A stretch of 64,000 bases of DNA from Planctomycetota bacterium (GTDB lineage: Bacteria; Planctomycetota; GCA-002687715; CAIWVZ01). The DNA lies in contig JBGANV010000002.1 in NCBI GenBank assembly GCA_044222185.1, positions 1 to 64,000 on the forward strand. The letters are read 5' to 3'. Under the pieces are notes generated by a model. The model was not told where the DNA came from, did not search any database, and saw only the letters and a list, made by a program, of their open reading frames with translations. Within the stretch, counting starts at the first letter, position 1. The number at the start of each line of letters is the position of its first letter. Below are positions 1 through 10,540 of the stretch, piece after piece. A program made the position numbers and the translations under genes.

Positions 1-139
1 CTGCGAGGTCGACCGGCGACCCCGCTGGTCGTTCGCGCCGTCATCGGCCTCTGCCGAGGTCGATCATGGCCGCGCCGCAGGCGCGGCGCCTTGCGGGTCA
101 GACACGACCCATTGGGCAGCAACTACCTTGACACTTGCC

Positions 140-503
140 GGGTCGAGGCTGGAGCCTCGCCCATCCAGCCGCGTGAAACGCAGCGCTCCGGAGCGCCTGG
201 CTGCCCGAGTCCGACGAGGGCGCCTGGCCGGTTGGCGGGATCTCCGGGACCGCCGAGATCGGCGGACCGCTTTCATCGCGCCGCGGGCTTGCGCCGGCCC
301 GGGTCGAGGCTGGAGCCTCGCCCATCCAGCCGCGTGAAACGCGGCGCTCCGGAGCGCCTGGCTGCCCGAGTCCGACGAGGGCGCCTGGCCGGTTGGCGGG
401 ACCTCCGGGACCGCCGAGATCGCCGGACCGCTTTCATCGCGCCGCGGGCTTGCGCCGGCCCGGGTCGAGGCTGGAGCCTCGCCCGTCCAGCCGCGTGGAA
501 CGC
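140..503. repeat. 161-bp tandem repeat, about 2.3 copies, built from GC-rich palindromes (REP/BIME-like)
   Basis: GGGTCGAGGCTGGAGCCTCGCCC starts at 140, 301 and 462. Copies 1 and 2 are near-identical. Internal palindrome GCGCTCCGGAGCGC. Lies just downstream of the 513..2090 gene. Confidence 0.9.
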
Positions 504-512
504 GGGGTTCGG

Positions 513-2090
513 TCAGCGCGACTTCGCCGGCGATTCACCAAGCAGGCGAAGTCCCGAGCCGGTGAGGACGACGACGTAGGGGTCGCTCGCGTCGAGGCAG
601 GCGCGCATGGCGGACAGAGCGCGCTCGTCCTTCAGGCCGAGCGCCTTCATGACGTGAGCGAGTCCGAAGGACGCGTAGCCGCGCCCCTCGGACTGCTCGT
701 CATTGACCACCTCGATCAGCGCGTCGATCGACGGCGCGCCGAGCTTCACCAGGTTCTCGAGCACCTCGTTGTTCGCGACGCGGAACTCGTTGCCGTCCTT
801 CAGTCGACGCGCCAGGGCCCGCGCATCGGAGGAAGGCGGCCGGGAGTCGGGCCGCGACGTCGGACGAGAGTCGGATGCGGGACCGAAGTCACCGGCCTCG
901 AACCGGGGCCGCAGCGACTCGTAGATCGCCATCGATCGAGCGACGCCGCGCACGATCGCGTCGGTGCCGATGTTGCCCACGGGCGCCGCGTAGTCGTCGA
1001 GCTCCGGATTGGGATAGGGCATGGCCTCAGCGGCCGCCGCGATGTAGGCCCGCATGTACAGGCGATCGTCGGGTCGATTCTTCACGACCCAGCACCAGTG
1101 GAACTTGGCCCAATCGCGATCGCCGGACATCCAGCACGCGACCCCGGCGTACACGTGCAGCTCGGCCACCCGCGGGTGTCCAGCGGCGCGCCGCGTCGCG
1201 GGCTCGAGCAGCTGACGCGCTTCAGCAAAGCGTCGTTTCGCGATGAGTGCGAATCCCCGCTCGGCGATCACGTCGATCGTGCTCGCATCGGCATGCGCCG
1301 CGGGCATCGCCGCGATCCAGGCTTCGAGCCTCGTGGCATGAAGGCCCCATTGCCTCGAGTATCTGGGTATCCGCACGAGCCCCGCACCGGCTCGGAACGC
1401 CTCCTCGCTTCGGGGCCCCATCGCAATCGCGGCCTTGTAGCGCGCAGTCGCCGCGTCGTACTCGCCGAGTTCCTCCAACAACGAGCCGGCGGCCTCCAGC
1501 CGTCGTGCGTCCGCGTCGAGCGCCGCTGCCGCTTCCAACACCTGCTGCTCCGCGACCGTCGACCTGGCGAACTCCGGATTCTCCAGGAGCCGTTCTCTCA
1601 GGAAGTCGAACACGTCGTTCTTGTCGGCGTACACGTCGGTCTCGCCGAGGTACGTGCCGTCGGGCTTGAACACCGCGAGGAACGCCCAGCGGTTCCGGAC
1701 CTTCCCCTTCACGAATGCCGCCGCCCCATCGTCGTGCCCTTCGCCCGGTCCGCCGGTGTTGAAGTAGAAGGGGACGAAGCGACGATTCACCAGGTCGATC
1801 ACGCGCTTTTCTGAGAAGGCACCTGCCCTCATCGGTTCGGCGCCCGGTCACCATCTCCCCTTCGTCGCACACCGTGCGCCGATGGCGTCGACGCCAAACG
1901 AGATTCCCTTGACGACGAGGAGACGGCCCTCAGCCACGGCGCGTTCGCGGGCGACCGCGAACTCGCCAGGAAGCGCCCAGCGGATGGCCGACGGATCGCA
2001 ACTGGCGCGAGAGTCCGGCGCGTTCTGCTGAGCCGCACAGACGTTTGCGAGAACGACACAGACGACGAGCGATGACCGAGAGATCGCCAT
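513..2090 (-). CDS. Probable exported thioredoxin-like (UAS/SelN-like) selenoprotein with TPR-like and HEAT-like C-terminal repeats; about 525 aa, Sec at codon 81 (TGA 1848-1850)
   Basis: ORFs 1848..2090 and 513..1832 are in one frame and separated only by TGA (...KGRW*PGAEPMRAGAFSEKRVIDLVNRRFVPFY). Signal peptide MAISRSSLVVCVVLANVCAAQ. SECIS-like hairpin GAGGGC-AGGU-GCCUUC downstream of the TGA. Confidence 0.75.
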
Positions 2091-2268
2091 GGAATCAGGA
2101 CTCCGAGTATCGCCCGACGCTCAGGAGAACGGCGCGTCCTGCCGTCGGGTCCACACCTCCACGGATCCCTTGAGCCGCGCGTCCAGTCGTCCCGCGGAAT
2201 CCCGTCGCGCGGTGTGCGATCGGTTCCGCATCGGACACGCGCCCGGTCTACAATCGCGGCCCGACGCC

Positions 2269-2883
2269 ATGACCGATCCCACCCCGCAGAACGCCGATCT
2301 GTTTCGTCAGGCGCAGCACGGCGACGCCCGCGCGTTCGAGGCGCTCATCGAGCCGCACGCGACGCCGCTCGTACTCCTCGTCTCGCGGCTCGCGGCCGGG
2401 CGACTGGGCCCCGACGCGGACGCCGACGACCTCCTCCAGACGGTCCTCGCGCGGGCATGGAAGCTCCTCCCCGAAATCGAATTCCGCGGCGACCGGCCCC
2501 TCTACGCGTGGCTCGTGGCACTGGCTCGCGGCGCGTTGCAGGATCGCGGGAAGTACGTGCGCGCCAAGAACCGCGCCGGCTCGCGCCACCTGGAATCCGA
2601 AACGGACGGCCGGCGCGCCTTCGCCGAACCCGCTGCGCCGATGACGTCCGTGGCCACGAGCATGCAGCGCCGCGAGGAGTGCGAGCGTCTCGCCCACGCG
2701 CTCGCAGGCCTTCCTCCCAAATACCGCGACGTCATCGAGCAGCACGTCCTCGAAGCCCGATCCCTCGGCGAGATCGCGGCCACTCTCGACCTGACCAAGA
2801 ACGCCGTCTGGGAACGCCTGCATCGCGGCATGGCGCGGCTCCGCGAGGATCTCGGCGCCATGCGTCCATCGACGGTGCCGTGA
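2269..2883 (+). CDS. ECF-type RNA polymerase sigma factor
   Basis: AQHGDARAFEALIE, DADDLLQ, region-4 ALAGLPPKYRDVI...SLGEIAATL...VWERLHRG. ATG at 2269 follows TACAAT (2249-2254). Confidence 0.9.
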   Translation: MTDPTPQNADLFRQAQHGDARAFEALIEPHATPLVLLVSRLAAGRLGPDADADDLLQTVLARAWKLLPEIEFRGDRPLYAWLVALARGALQDRGKYVRAKNRAGSRHLESETDGRRAFAEPAAPMTSVATSMQRREECERLAHALAGLPPKYRDVIEQHVLEARSLGEIAATLDLTKNAVWERLHRGMARLREDLGAMRPSTVP

Positions 2884-2884
2884 C

Positions 2885-5800
2885 ATGGGCGACTCGGGCT
2901 CGAGCACGGGCGTCGGCGAGAGGTCCCTGGACGATGCGATCCCGGAGTCCGTTTTCGCGAAGCTCGACGAGGCATTGGAATCAGGCGCTGACGACGGTGA
3001 GCTTGCCGCGATCCTCGCATCGATCCCCGCGCCCTGGCGCGACCAGGCCGCGGCGATCCTCGATGCACGCCGGAGCGTCATCGCCTCCGCAGTCGACTCC
3101 GCTCGCGAACCGCGTGCTCGCCCCGCTCCCGGAAGTTCCTTCGGTCCGTACGAAATCATCGAAGCGGTCGGAGAGGGAGCGCAGGGGACCGTCTACCGCG
3201 CACGCGACACGCGGCTCCAGCGCGACGTCGCGCTGAAGGTCATCGACGTCTCGGGGCGAACGGCCGAAGCCCAGCTCGCGCGCTTTCGCCGCGAGGCGGA
3301 GGTCGCGTCACGCATCGACCATCCAGGCGTCTGCACGGTCTTCGATGCGGGCGAAGTGGATGGCCGGCCCTTCATCGCCATGCGATACGTGGCCGGCGAA
3401 ACCCTCAGCGACCTCGTTCGCCGCGAACGGCCCGCTCGACCGCCCGATCGCGCCCAGGTCGCGAAGCGACTGCGGTTGATCGAGCGCTGCGCGAGGGCCG
3501 TCCACGCCGCGCACGCCTGCGGCGTCGTCCACCGGGATCTGAAGCCGGGGAACATCGTCGTCACGCCTTCGGGTGACCCAGTCATCCTCGACTTCGGCCT
3601 CGCACGCGATGGCGACACGACGGCCGACCTCACGATCCCCGGCGCCGCCGTCGGCACGCCGACCTACATGTCACCGGAGCAGGTGTCGCCCGGCGCCAGC
3701 GCGATCGACGCGCGCACGGACGTCTGGTCGCTCGGCGTGATCCTGTTCGAGTTGCTCACGAACCGGGTCCCTTTCGAGGCGCCGACCCGCGACGGGCTCT
3801 ACCACGCGATCCTCCACCGCTCTCCTCCGGATCCTTGCGCGTTGAACGTGGCGCTGACCCGCGATGCGAGAGTCGTGCTGCTGGCCGCGCTCGAGAAGGA
3901 TCCGACGCGCCGCTATGCGAGTGCCCTCGACTTCGCCGACGACGTGCGTCAGCTGATCGAAGGACGAGCCCCGGTCGCCCGCCCCGTATCGCCTCTCGGA
4001 GCTGCGGGGCGCTGGGTCCGCCGCAACCCGCTCGTCACCGCATCGCTCGCCCTCGTGATCGTCACGACCACGATCGCGGCAGTGGTCGGGCTTCGCCTCG
4101 CAGCCGATGCCCGCGTCGAACGGGATCGGGCCCGCGACTTCGCACGCGTCGCCGACGGCAATCGCCTGATCGCGCAAGCGCAGGTCATCGCGCCCCAGAG
4201 CCCCGGGCTTGCGGCCCTCCTCGCGCTCGCAGGCGATGAACGTGCTGGCGGTGGCAACGTCGCCGCCAACGCTCTCCTGCGGATCCTCGATCGCCCCATC
4301 GAGGAGCAGGCGCTGATCGGACATCGCGGCGCCGTGCTCGACGCGCGGATCTCACACGACGCCACGTTCTGTGTCACGGCTTCCAAGGACGGCACGGTCG
4401 GCATCTGGGATCGTGTGTCGGGCGTGCGTCGACTCTCGATCGTGTGCGAGGAATCGTCGCCGACGTGCCTCGGTCTTTCGCCCGACGATCGCGTCCTCGC
4501 CATCGGACTGGAGAACGGCGCGCTCCACCTCGTAGACCCGGTCGACGGACGAGAACTCCGATCGGCGACCCGCCATTCTGCGCCGGTGACGTCGGTGGCG
4601 TTCGACCGGCGCGGCTCGCGGCTCGCATCGAGCAGCCGTGATCGGACCATACTCGTCTGGAACGTTGCGGACCTGGCGCCCATGCTCTTGATCACCGACC
4701 GCACCTCCTCGATCCTCAGCGTCGCCTGGAATCCCACGGATCAGACGCTGGGCGCAGGCAGCGAGGACGGCCGAGTCGTCCTTTGGCGCGCGGACGATGG
4801 ATCGTCCGAGGCGACCCTCGGTCGCCAGTCGCGATGGGCCGTGCAGGAGGTCGCGTTCACCCACGACGGCAGGTCGATCGTCGGCGCCTCCGACGACAAT
4901 CGCGCCTGGTCGTGGGACCTGGAGACGCAGACGGCGGAGTCGCTCCAAGGCCATCTCAGCGGCGTCACGTCGGTCGACACGGATCCCACGGGGCTTCGCG
5001 CGGTGACGGCCTGCTTCGATCGATCGGCGATCGTTTGGGATCTGCGCGACAGGGCAGCACTCACCGTCCTCGCCGGTCACACCTCCACCGTTCATCGCGC
5101 GCGATACTCGAGCGACGGCAAGCGCGTGATCACCGCTTCCGCCGACGGTACGGCTCGGATCTGGCCCATGACGGACTCGGCTGGCGTGTTCACTCGGCAG
5201 TCTCCCCCATCGATGGCCTCGAGGGCGCGGCCGTCTCCCGACGGATCCAAGCTCGCCCTCGCACAGTCGGACGAGATCGCGGTGTTCGACAGTCAGAATG
5301 GCGATGAACTGGCACGACTGGCCTGCAATGGGAGCCTGCCGGTATCCGTCGGCTTCGACGAGAACGGCACGCGGATCGTCGCGGCCATGGCGGACGGATC
5401 CGCACGACTCTGGCGACTCGACGCGCCGCAGTCACCGCTCGAACTGGGAGCACCGTCGCCGACGCTTCACGCGCCGGGCTCGGCGATGTTCAGTTCCGAC
5501 GGCCGACTGGTCGCCGTCGCCGTCGGCGAAGGCCCCCTCCGCATCCACGATGCGACCACCGGCGCGAGCGTCTGCGCGGTCGCGGGATGCGGGCCGTTCT
5601 TCACGACGGGGAACGTGGCACGCTGCGCGTTCGATCGCTCGAGCACGCGCGTGATCACCGTCGTGCCCGACGGCGGTCGGAGAACGGCGGTCGTATGGGA
5701 CGCACGCACGGGTCACCGCCTCCGGACGCTCGCGACGCACGCGAGCGAAGTGCTGTGCGTCGCGGTCGACCCTTCATCAGAACGCGTGGCGGTCTCGGAT

Positions 5801-6364
5801 TCCGACGGCATCGTCCTCGTCCAGGCTCTCGCCGGCGACGGTGTCCCGCTGCAAATCGATGCTCACGCCGACGGAACGACGAGTGTGACCTTCGATCGGC
5901 TCGGCCGCCGCCTCCTCACGTGCGGACGCGACGATCGCGCCAAGCTCTTCGACGCGGAGAGCGGCGCGTGCATCCGCACGTTCACCGGCCACCGCTCCAT
6001 GCTGTACGAGGCCCGTTTCTCACCCGACGAGACGAAAATCGCGACGGCGAGCTGGGACACGACGGCGTCCGTCTTCGACGTGGCGTCGGGCGCGCGCCTC
6101 CTGGTCCAGCAGGGGCACGGGAGCCCCGTGTTCTCGGCGGCGTTCACGAACTTCGGCCGATCGGTTGCGACCCATGCGCTCGACGGCAGCACTCGCGTGT
6201 GGCCCGTGGATACGGTGGGCGTCGCGCGCCAGCGCATCCATCGGAGATTCACGGCGGATGAGCGCTGCGAGAACGGGCTCGAATGCGTCCCCGACCCGTC
6301 ACCCGAACCGCATGTCACTCTTCCGCGTTCGCCGCGGCGGGCGTCGTCTCCGCCGGAACGTTGA
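2885..6364 (+). CDS. Ser/Thr protein kinase with a hydrophobic (TM-like) helix and C-terminal WD40 repeats
   Basis: GEGAQG, VALK, HRDLKPGN, DFG, GTPTYMSPEQ; many GH...WD repeats; starts 2 nt after the ECF stop codon. Confidence 0.95.
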   Translation: MGDSGSSTGVGERSLDDAIPESVFAKLDEALESGADDGELAAILASIPAPWRDQAAAILDARRSVIASAVDSAREPRARPAPGSSFGPYEIIEAVGEGAQGTVYRARDTRLQRDVALKVIDVSGRTAEAQLARFRREAEVASRIDHPGVCTVFDAGEVDGRPFIAMRYVAGETLSDLVRRERPARPPDRAQVAKRLRLIERCARAVHAAHACGVVHRDLKPGNIVVTPSGDPVILDFGLARDGDTTADLTIPGAAVGTPTYMSPEQVSPGASAIDARTDVWSLGVILFELLTNRVPFEAPTRDGLYHAILHRSPPDPCALNVALTRDARVVLLAALEKDPTRRYASALDFADDVRQLIEGRAPVARPVSPLGAAGRWVRRNPLVTASLALVIVTTTIAAVVGLRLAADARVERDRARDFARVADGNRLIAQAQVIAPQSPGLAALLALAGDERAGGGNVAANALLRILDRPIEEQALIGHRGAVLDARISHDATFCVTASKDGTVGIWDRVSGVRRLSIVCEESSPTCLGLSPDDRVLAIGLENGALHLVDPVDGRELRSATRHSAPVTSVAFDRRGSRLASSSRDRTILVWNVADLAPMLLITDRTSSILSVAWNPTDQTLGAGSEDGRVVLWRADDGSSEATLGRQSRWAVQEVAFTHDGRSIVGASDDNRAWSWDLETQTAESLQGHLSGVTSVDTDPTGLRAVTACFDRSAIVWDLRDRAALTVLAGHTSTVHRARYSSDGKRVITASADGTARIWPMTDSAGVFTRQSPPSMASRARPSPDGSKLALAQSDEIAVFDSQNGDELARLACNGSLPVSVGFDENGTRIVAAMADGSARLWRLDAPQSPLELGAPSPTLHAPGSAMFSSDGRLVAVAVGEGPLRIHDATTGASVCAVAGCGPFFTTGNVARCAFDRSSTRVITVVPDGGRRTAVVWDARTGHRLRTLATHASEVLCVAVDPSSERVAVSDSDGIVLVQALAGDGVPLQIDAHADGTTSVTFDRLGRRLLTCGRDDRAKLFDAESGACIRTFTGHRSMLYEARFSPDETKIATASWDTTASVFDVASGARLLVQQGHGSPVFSAAFTNFGRSVATHALDGSTRVWPVDTVGVARQRIHRRFTADERCENGLECVPDPSPEPHVTLPRSPRRASSPPER

Positions 6365-6388
6365 TCGCGGGCTGCGCGCCGCCGCGGG

Positions 6389-8962
6389 TCATGGATCCTC
6401 GAGATCGCGCGCGGCTTCTGCTTGCGTCAGTTCCTGCGTGGCGAACTCGAACACCTTGCCGCACGACGGTCCCTCGGACTTCCACGCGTCGTATTCGGCG
6501 CGGGCGTCGGTCAACTTGCGCGCGGTCACGAGCACCCGGACGAGTTCGAAGCGCAGATACGCCATCCCGGGTGCCAGCTCGATCGCGGTGCGCGCGGCCT
6601 TCTCGGCCTCGTCGAGCAGCCCGAGGACTCGAAGGCCTCGGCCGAGCGCGCGCCACGCGATGAGTTGACGCGGATCCCCCGCCAGCGCCGTGCGCGCGAA
6701 CTCCACGGCCTTCGCGGGCTGGTTGGCCAGCGTGTAGGTGATCGCGATCTGCGCGGGCCACGCCATGTTCGAGGGCTCCATGGACATGGCCTTCGAGAAG
6801 GCCGAGAGGGCCTCGTCGTGACGTGCGAACTGATCGCGAAGGACGAACGCGAGATTCCCGTGGTTGGCTGCGACGTCGGGACGCAGGTCCAGGGCCTTCT
6901 GCGCCGCGCCCAGCGCCGCTTGCGGTCGATGGCGATCGGACTCCACGAGCGCCAGGTTGTAGTAGAGCGTGGCGTCGTCCGGGTGATCCGCGATCAGCTC
7001 TCGGAGCGCGGCGGCGGCCTCGTCGAACCGCCCCTGCCGTGTGAGCGTCGTGCTGATTCCGTACCCGGCATCGAGGCTCTCGACACCGAGCGTCTTCGCG
7101 CGATGCAAAGCGGAAAGAGCCGCCGTCGGGTCGCAGTTGGACAAGGCGAAGCCCGCGAGGAGCTCACCGGTCCCGCCGCCGATCACCAGCCGGACGGTGT
7201 CGGCGATCCGCCGTGCGGACTCCGTGCGGTTCGTCCGACCGACGACCATCGCGAGCACGTGGAGGTAGAGCGGACGCCGTGCGGGCGCGCGCTGGATCGC
7301 GGTCTCCAAGAGCTGTGCTGCGCGGTCGAGTGCGCCGACGTCACTGCTGTCGATGCCGCTCGACAGCTCGGCCATGGCGAGGACGTAGCAGGAGACGTCG
7401 TCTCGGAGTTCGTCGCCGCGCCGCGAATCCGACCTCGATTCCGACGTGGTTTTTGCCCCGGGAAGCCTCGCTCGTGCCACGAGCACCGCCGGCGATCCGC
7501 CGTACGCCGCGATGAACGCGTCGAGACGCTCCGCCTCGGCACGCGCCTCGTCCGGCGTCGTGACGCAGAGCGGGAGCGCGGCGGCGGCCTCGACGCACGC
7601 GGGTTCGAGTGCGAGTACGCGTTCGAAGGCACGCCGCGCGTCCGGCTTCCGCCGTGAAGCGAGCGCCGTCGACCCGCGGCCAAGAAGGTCCTCGATCGTC
7701 GCCCGCGCCTCCGCGGCGGCCTGCTCCGCGAGACGGTCCCGGTTCGCGAGATACCAAACGAGGAACGAGACCACGGCGATGAGCAGCAGGGTCGCGGTCA
7801 CGATCAACGCGGCAGCGACGGGTTTGCGCCGGATCCACCGCACCGTGCGCGCCACGAAGCCCAGCGGCCGCGCGGCGATCGGCTCGTGCATGCGGAACCG
7901 CCTGAGATCGTCGGCGAGGTCGCCCGCTGACGCATAGCGGTCCGGCGGACGCTTCGCGAGCCCCCGCTGGAGGATCGTCGCCAGATCGACGGCGATCCCG
8001 CCGTGGACGCGGCGCGCATCCGGTGCATCGCGCGTGCAGACGGCGTCGATGATCGCGGACCGTGTGGGACCATCGAACGGCCGACGGCCGACCGTCAGCT
8101 CGTACAGCATCACCGCGAGCGCGTGGACGTCGGCACGTCGATCGACTGCGCGTGGCTGGCCGAGGGCCTGCTCGGGCGCCATGTAGGCTGGGGTTCCGAG
8201 GATGTCTCCCGTCGCCGTGACGGCGGGACCGTCTTCGTCGTCGCCGTGGGCGAGTCCGAAGTCGAGGACCGTGGGCTCGCCCGTCGCCGAGACCATGATG
8301 TTCGCCGGCTTGAGATCGCGGTGGATGACCCCGGCCTCGTGTGCTGCATGGACGGCGCGCGCGACCCGCTCGATCAGCACCACGGCGCCGGCGATCTCTC
8401 CGGTGCTCGGTAGATCGCCGTTACGGGCGATGCGGGCTCGGGTGAGGCGGGCGAGCAACGATTCACCCGCCACGTAGCGCATGGCGATGTAGGGCAATCC
8501 GTCGGACGCCGAAGCCTCGAAGACGGTGCATAGGCCCGGATCGTCGAGTCCCGCGAGCATGCGCGCCTCGTTCTCGAAGCGGCGTAGCGCCTGTGGTGAG
8601 GCGGCCCACGAACCGAGGAGAACCTTCAGCGCGACCGTCCGCCCCAACCGGACGTCCGTCGCGCGATACACGACGCCCTGTGCCCCCCGGCCCAGCTCGT
8701 CCTCGATCCGGTAGGGTCCGATCTGGCGCGGGAGATCCGCGGCGAGGCTCGGCTCCTTGGTCGCCCCCCCGGTCGAGCCCTGGACGTCTGCCGTCGTCGG
8801 GATCTCGAGCGCCCGCGCGAACGCGGCCGCGACGGCCGCTTCACATCCCGGGTACATTCCGGTCAGATCGGCGAGCGTCGTCGTCCGGCCGGCCCCGCGG
8901 TCGGCCAGGATCCGCTCCATGACCGCGATCGCGATGGCGATGTCGGGAACCGATTCGTCCAT
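6389..8962 (-). CDS. Ser/Thr protein kinase with TM helix and TPR repeats
   Basis: GRGAQG, VALK, HRDLKPAN, DFG, GTPAYMAPEQ; hydrophobic helix followed by TPR-like repeats. Start placed at ATG 8962, 7 nt after TAGGAT. Confidence 0.93.
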   Translation of the reverse strand: MDESVPDIAIAIAVMERILADRGAGRTTTLADLTGMYPGCEAAVAAAFARALEIPTTADVQGSTGGATKEPSLAADLPRQIGPYRIEDELGRGAQGVVYRATDVRLGRTVALKVLLGSWAASPQALRRFENEARMLAGLDDPGLCTVFEASASDGLPYIAMRYVAGESLLARLTRARIARNGDLPSTGEIAGAVVLIERVARAVHAAHEAGVIHRDLKPANIMVSATGEPTVLDFGLAHGDDEDGPAVTATGDILGTPAYMAPEQALGQPRAVDRRADVHALAVMLYELTVGRRPFDGPTRSAIIDAVCTRDAPDARRVHGGIAVDLATILQRGLAKRPPDRYASAGDLADDLRRFRMHEPIAARPLGFVARTVRWIRRKPVAAALIVTATLLLIAVVSFLVWYLANRDRLAEQAAAEARATIEDLLGRGSTALASRRKPDARRAFERVLALEPACVEAAAALPLCVTTPDEARAEAERLDAFIAAYGGSPAVLVARARLPGAKTTSESRSDSRRGDELRDDVSCYVLAMAELSSGIDSSDVGALDRAAQLLETAIQRAPARRPLYLHVLAMVVGRTNRTESARRIADTVRLVIGGGTGELLAGFALSNCDPTAALSALHRAKTLGVESLDAGYGISTTLTRQGRFDEAAAALRELIADHPDDATLYYNLALVESDRHRPQAALGAAQKALDLRPDVAANHGNLAFVLRDQFARHDEALSAFSKAMSMEPSNMAWPAQIAITYTLANQPAKAVEFARTALAGDPRQLIAWRALGRGLRVLGLLDEAEKAARTAIELAPGMAYLRFELVRVLVTARKLTDARAEYDAWKSEGPSCGKVFEFATQELTQAEAARDLEDP

Positions 8963-9012
8963 GATCGAGATCCTATGCGCCCGCGGCCTGCCGCGGCATA
9001 CTGCCAGCTGCC

Positions 9013-9684
9013 ATGTCACCCCAGGTGCCGGACGACGATCGCGAGCTCTCGCTTTCGATCCGCCGCGCGAGCGGCGGCAACGCTTCCGACCTCGCGGCGC
9101 TGGTCGACGCGTTCACGCCGTTGCTGCTCGTGCAAGCCGAGTACCGGGTCGGAGCGGCGTTGCGACGGTTCGTGGAACCCGCCGACGTCGTGAACGACGT
9201 GTGGCTCGTCGCCCTGCGCCGACTCCCCGATTTCCGCCCCGAGCCCGGTCGCGCGACCAGTGGCCTCGTCCGATTCCTCGGCACCGTGATGCTCCACCAC
9301 GTCCGCGACCTGTACGAAAAGCACATCGCCGGCAAACCGCAGGCAAAGGTTGCCATCGCCGGCCCGGCGTCATCCGTCGGCGGCGTGGAGTTGTCGGCCG
9401 AGACGACGGGCATCGTCACGAAAGCCGCGCGCGCCGAACGCCATTCGACCCTCCAGAACGCCATCGCCCAACTCGACCCGGTCGACCGGGCCGTCGTCGT
9501 GCTGCGTGCGATCGAAGACCAGCCGAATCAGGTGGTGGCGGGAGCGACGGGGCTCGCGCCCAACACGGTCTCGGTCCGGTTGCGCCGTGCGATCGAGAAG
9601 CTCCGCAAGCTGCTTCCCGAGTCGCTCGCGCGAGAGCTCGACGAACGTCTCGACGTCGACGCCCCCGGCGCGACCCCGACGTGA
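9013..9684 (+). CDS. ECF-type sigma factor, divergent from the kinase
   Basis: VEPADVVNDVW; AIAQLDPVDRAVVVLRAIE...NTVSVRLRRAIEKLR (region 4). Confidence 0.88.
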   Translation: MSPQVPDDDRELSLSIRRASGGNASDLAALVDAFTPLLLVQAEYRVGAALRRFVEPADVVNDVWLVALRRLPDFRPEPGRATSGLVRFLGTVMLHHVRDLYEKHIAGKPQAKVAIAGPASSVGGVELSAETTGIVTKAARAERHSTLQNAIAQLDPVDRAVVVLRAIEDQPNQVVAGATGLAPNTVSVRLRRAIEKLRKLLPESLARELDERLDVDAPGATPT

Positions 9685-9934
9685 CCCGCGACGATGGACC
9701 GCCGGGGCCGCGGCGTGACGATCGGCCGTATGCGATCGCGAGGAGGAGGTTCATGCACACTCATGGGGTCCGGTCGCGCGGATGTGACGGGGCTCGTCTC
9801 GAGTTCCGCTCTCAGGCGATCCCGGGCGATTCCGTCGATGAGGAACACGCCTCCGCGTTCGCATCGGTGCCGAGCCCTGACGTTCGAGCCCGATGGAACC
9901 CGAAACCCCACTCGACCGGTGCGTCGGGAGTTGC

Positions 9935-10540
9935 CTATCCCGCGCCCGGCTTCTTGGCTCCGCGGCCGAGGACGGCGGCGACGCGCTCCTGCAGGGCCGG
10001 AAGGAGACTCGCGCGAAACCAGGGATTCCGCGTCAGCCACAGGTTGTTGCGCGGACTGGGGTGCGGCAGCGGCACCACGTGCGGCCAGCGTTTGCGCCAG
10101 CCCTTCACGGTGTCGGTCACGTGCCGGTCCGATTCTCCGAGGTGATAGTTCTGCGCGTAGGTTCCGAGCACGACGGTCAGCTGGAGTGACTTCAGCCGCC
10201 CCATGAGCTCCGCGCGCCACGCTGGCGCGCACTCGGGGCGGGGCGGATTGTCGCCGGCACTGCTGGTTCCGGGATAGCAGAAGCCCATGGGCAGGATTGC
10301 GATCTTCTCCGGGTCGTAGAACTCCTCGCGCGAGACGCCCATCCATTCGCGCAGGCGGTCGCCGCTCGCGTCGTCGAACGGAATGCCGGTGTCGTGGACC
10401 CGCCGGCCCGGAGCCTGGCCCGCGATCAGGATGTGCGCCTTCGGATGAAGTTGGAGCACGGGCCGCGGTCCGCAGGGCAGATGCTCTGCGCACAACGTGC
10501 ACGCTCGAACCTCCTCCAGAAGCGACTTGAGCGACTTCAT
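9935..10540 (-). CDS. Uracil-DNA glycosylase family protein
   Basis: CTLC, ILIAGQAPG, PFDDASGDRLREWMG, PMGFCYPG, LPHPSPRN motifs. Confidence 0.92.
   Translation of the reverse strand: MKSLKSLLEEVRACTLCAEHLPCGPRPVLQLHPKAHILIAGQAPGRRVHDTGIPFDDASGDRLREWMGVSREEFYDPEKIAILPMGFCYPGTSSAGDNPPRPECAPAWRAELMGRLKSLQLTVVLGTYAQNYHLGESDRHVTDTVKGWRKRWPHVVPLPHPSPRNNLWLTRNPWFRASLLPALQERVAAVLGRGAKKPGAG

Noticed and set aside
140-503. CRISPR array
   Set aside because: The whole 161-bp unit repeats, there are no unique spacers, and there are no cas genes.
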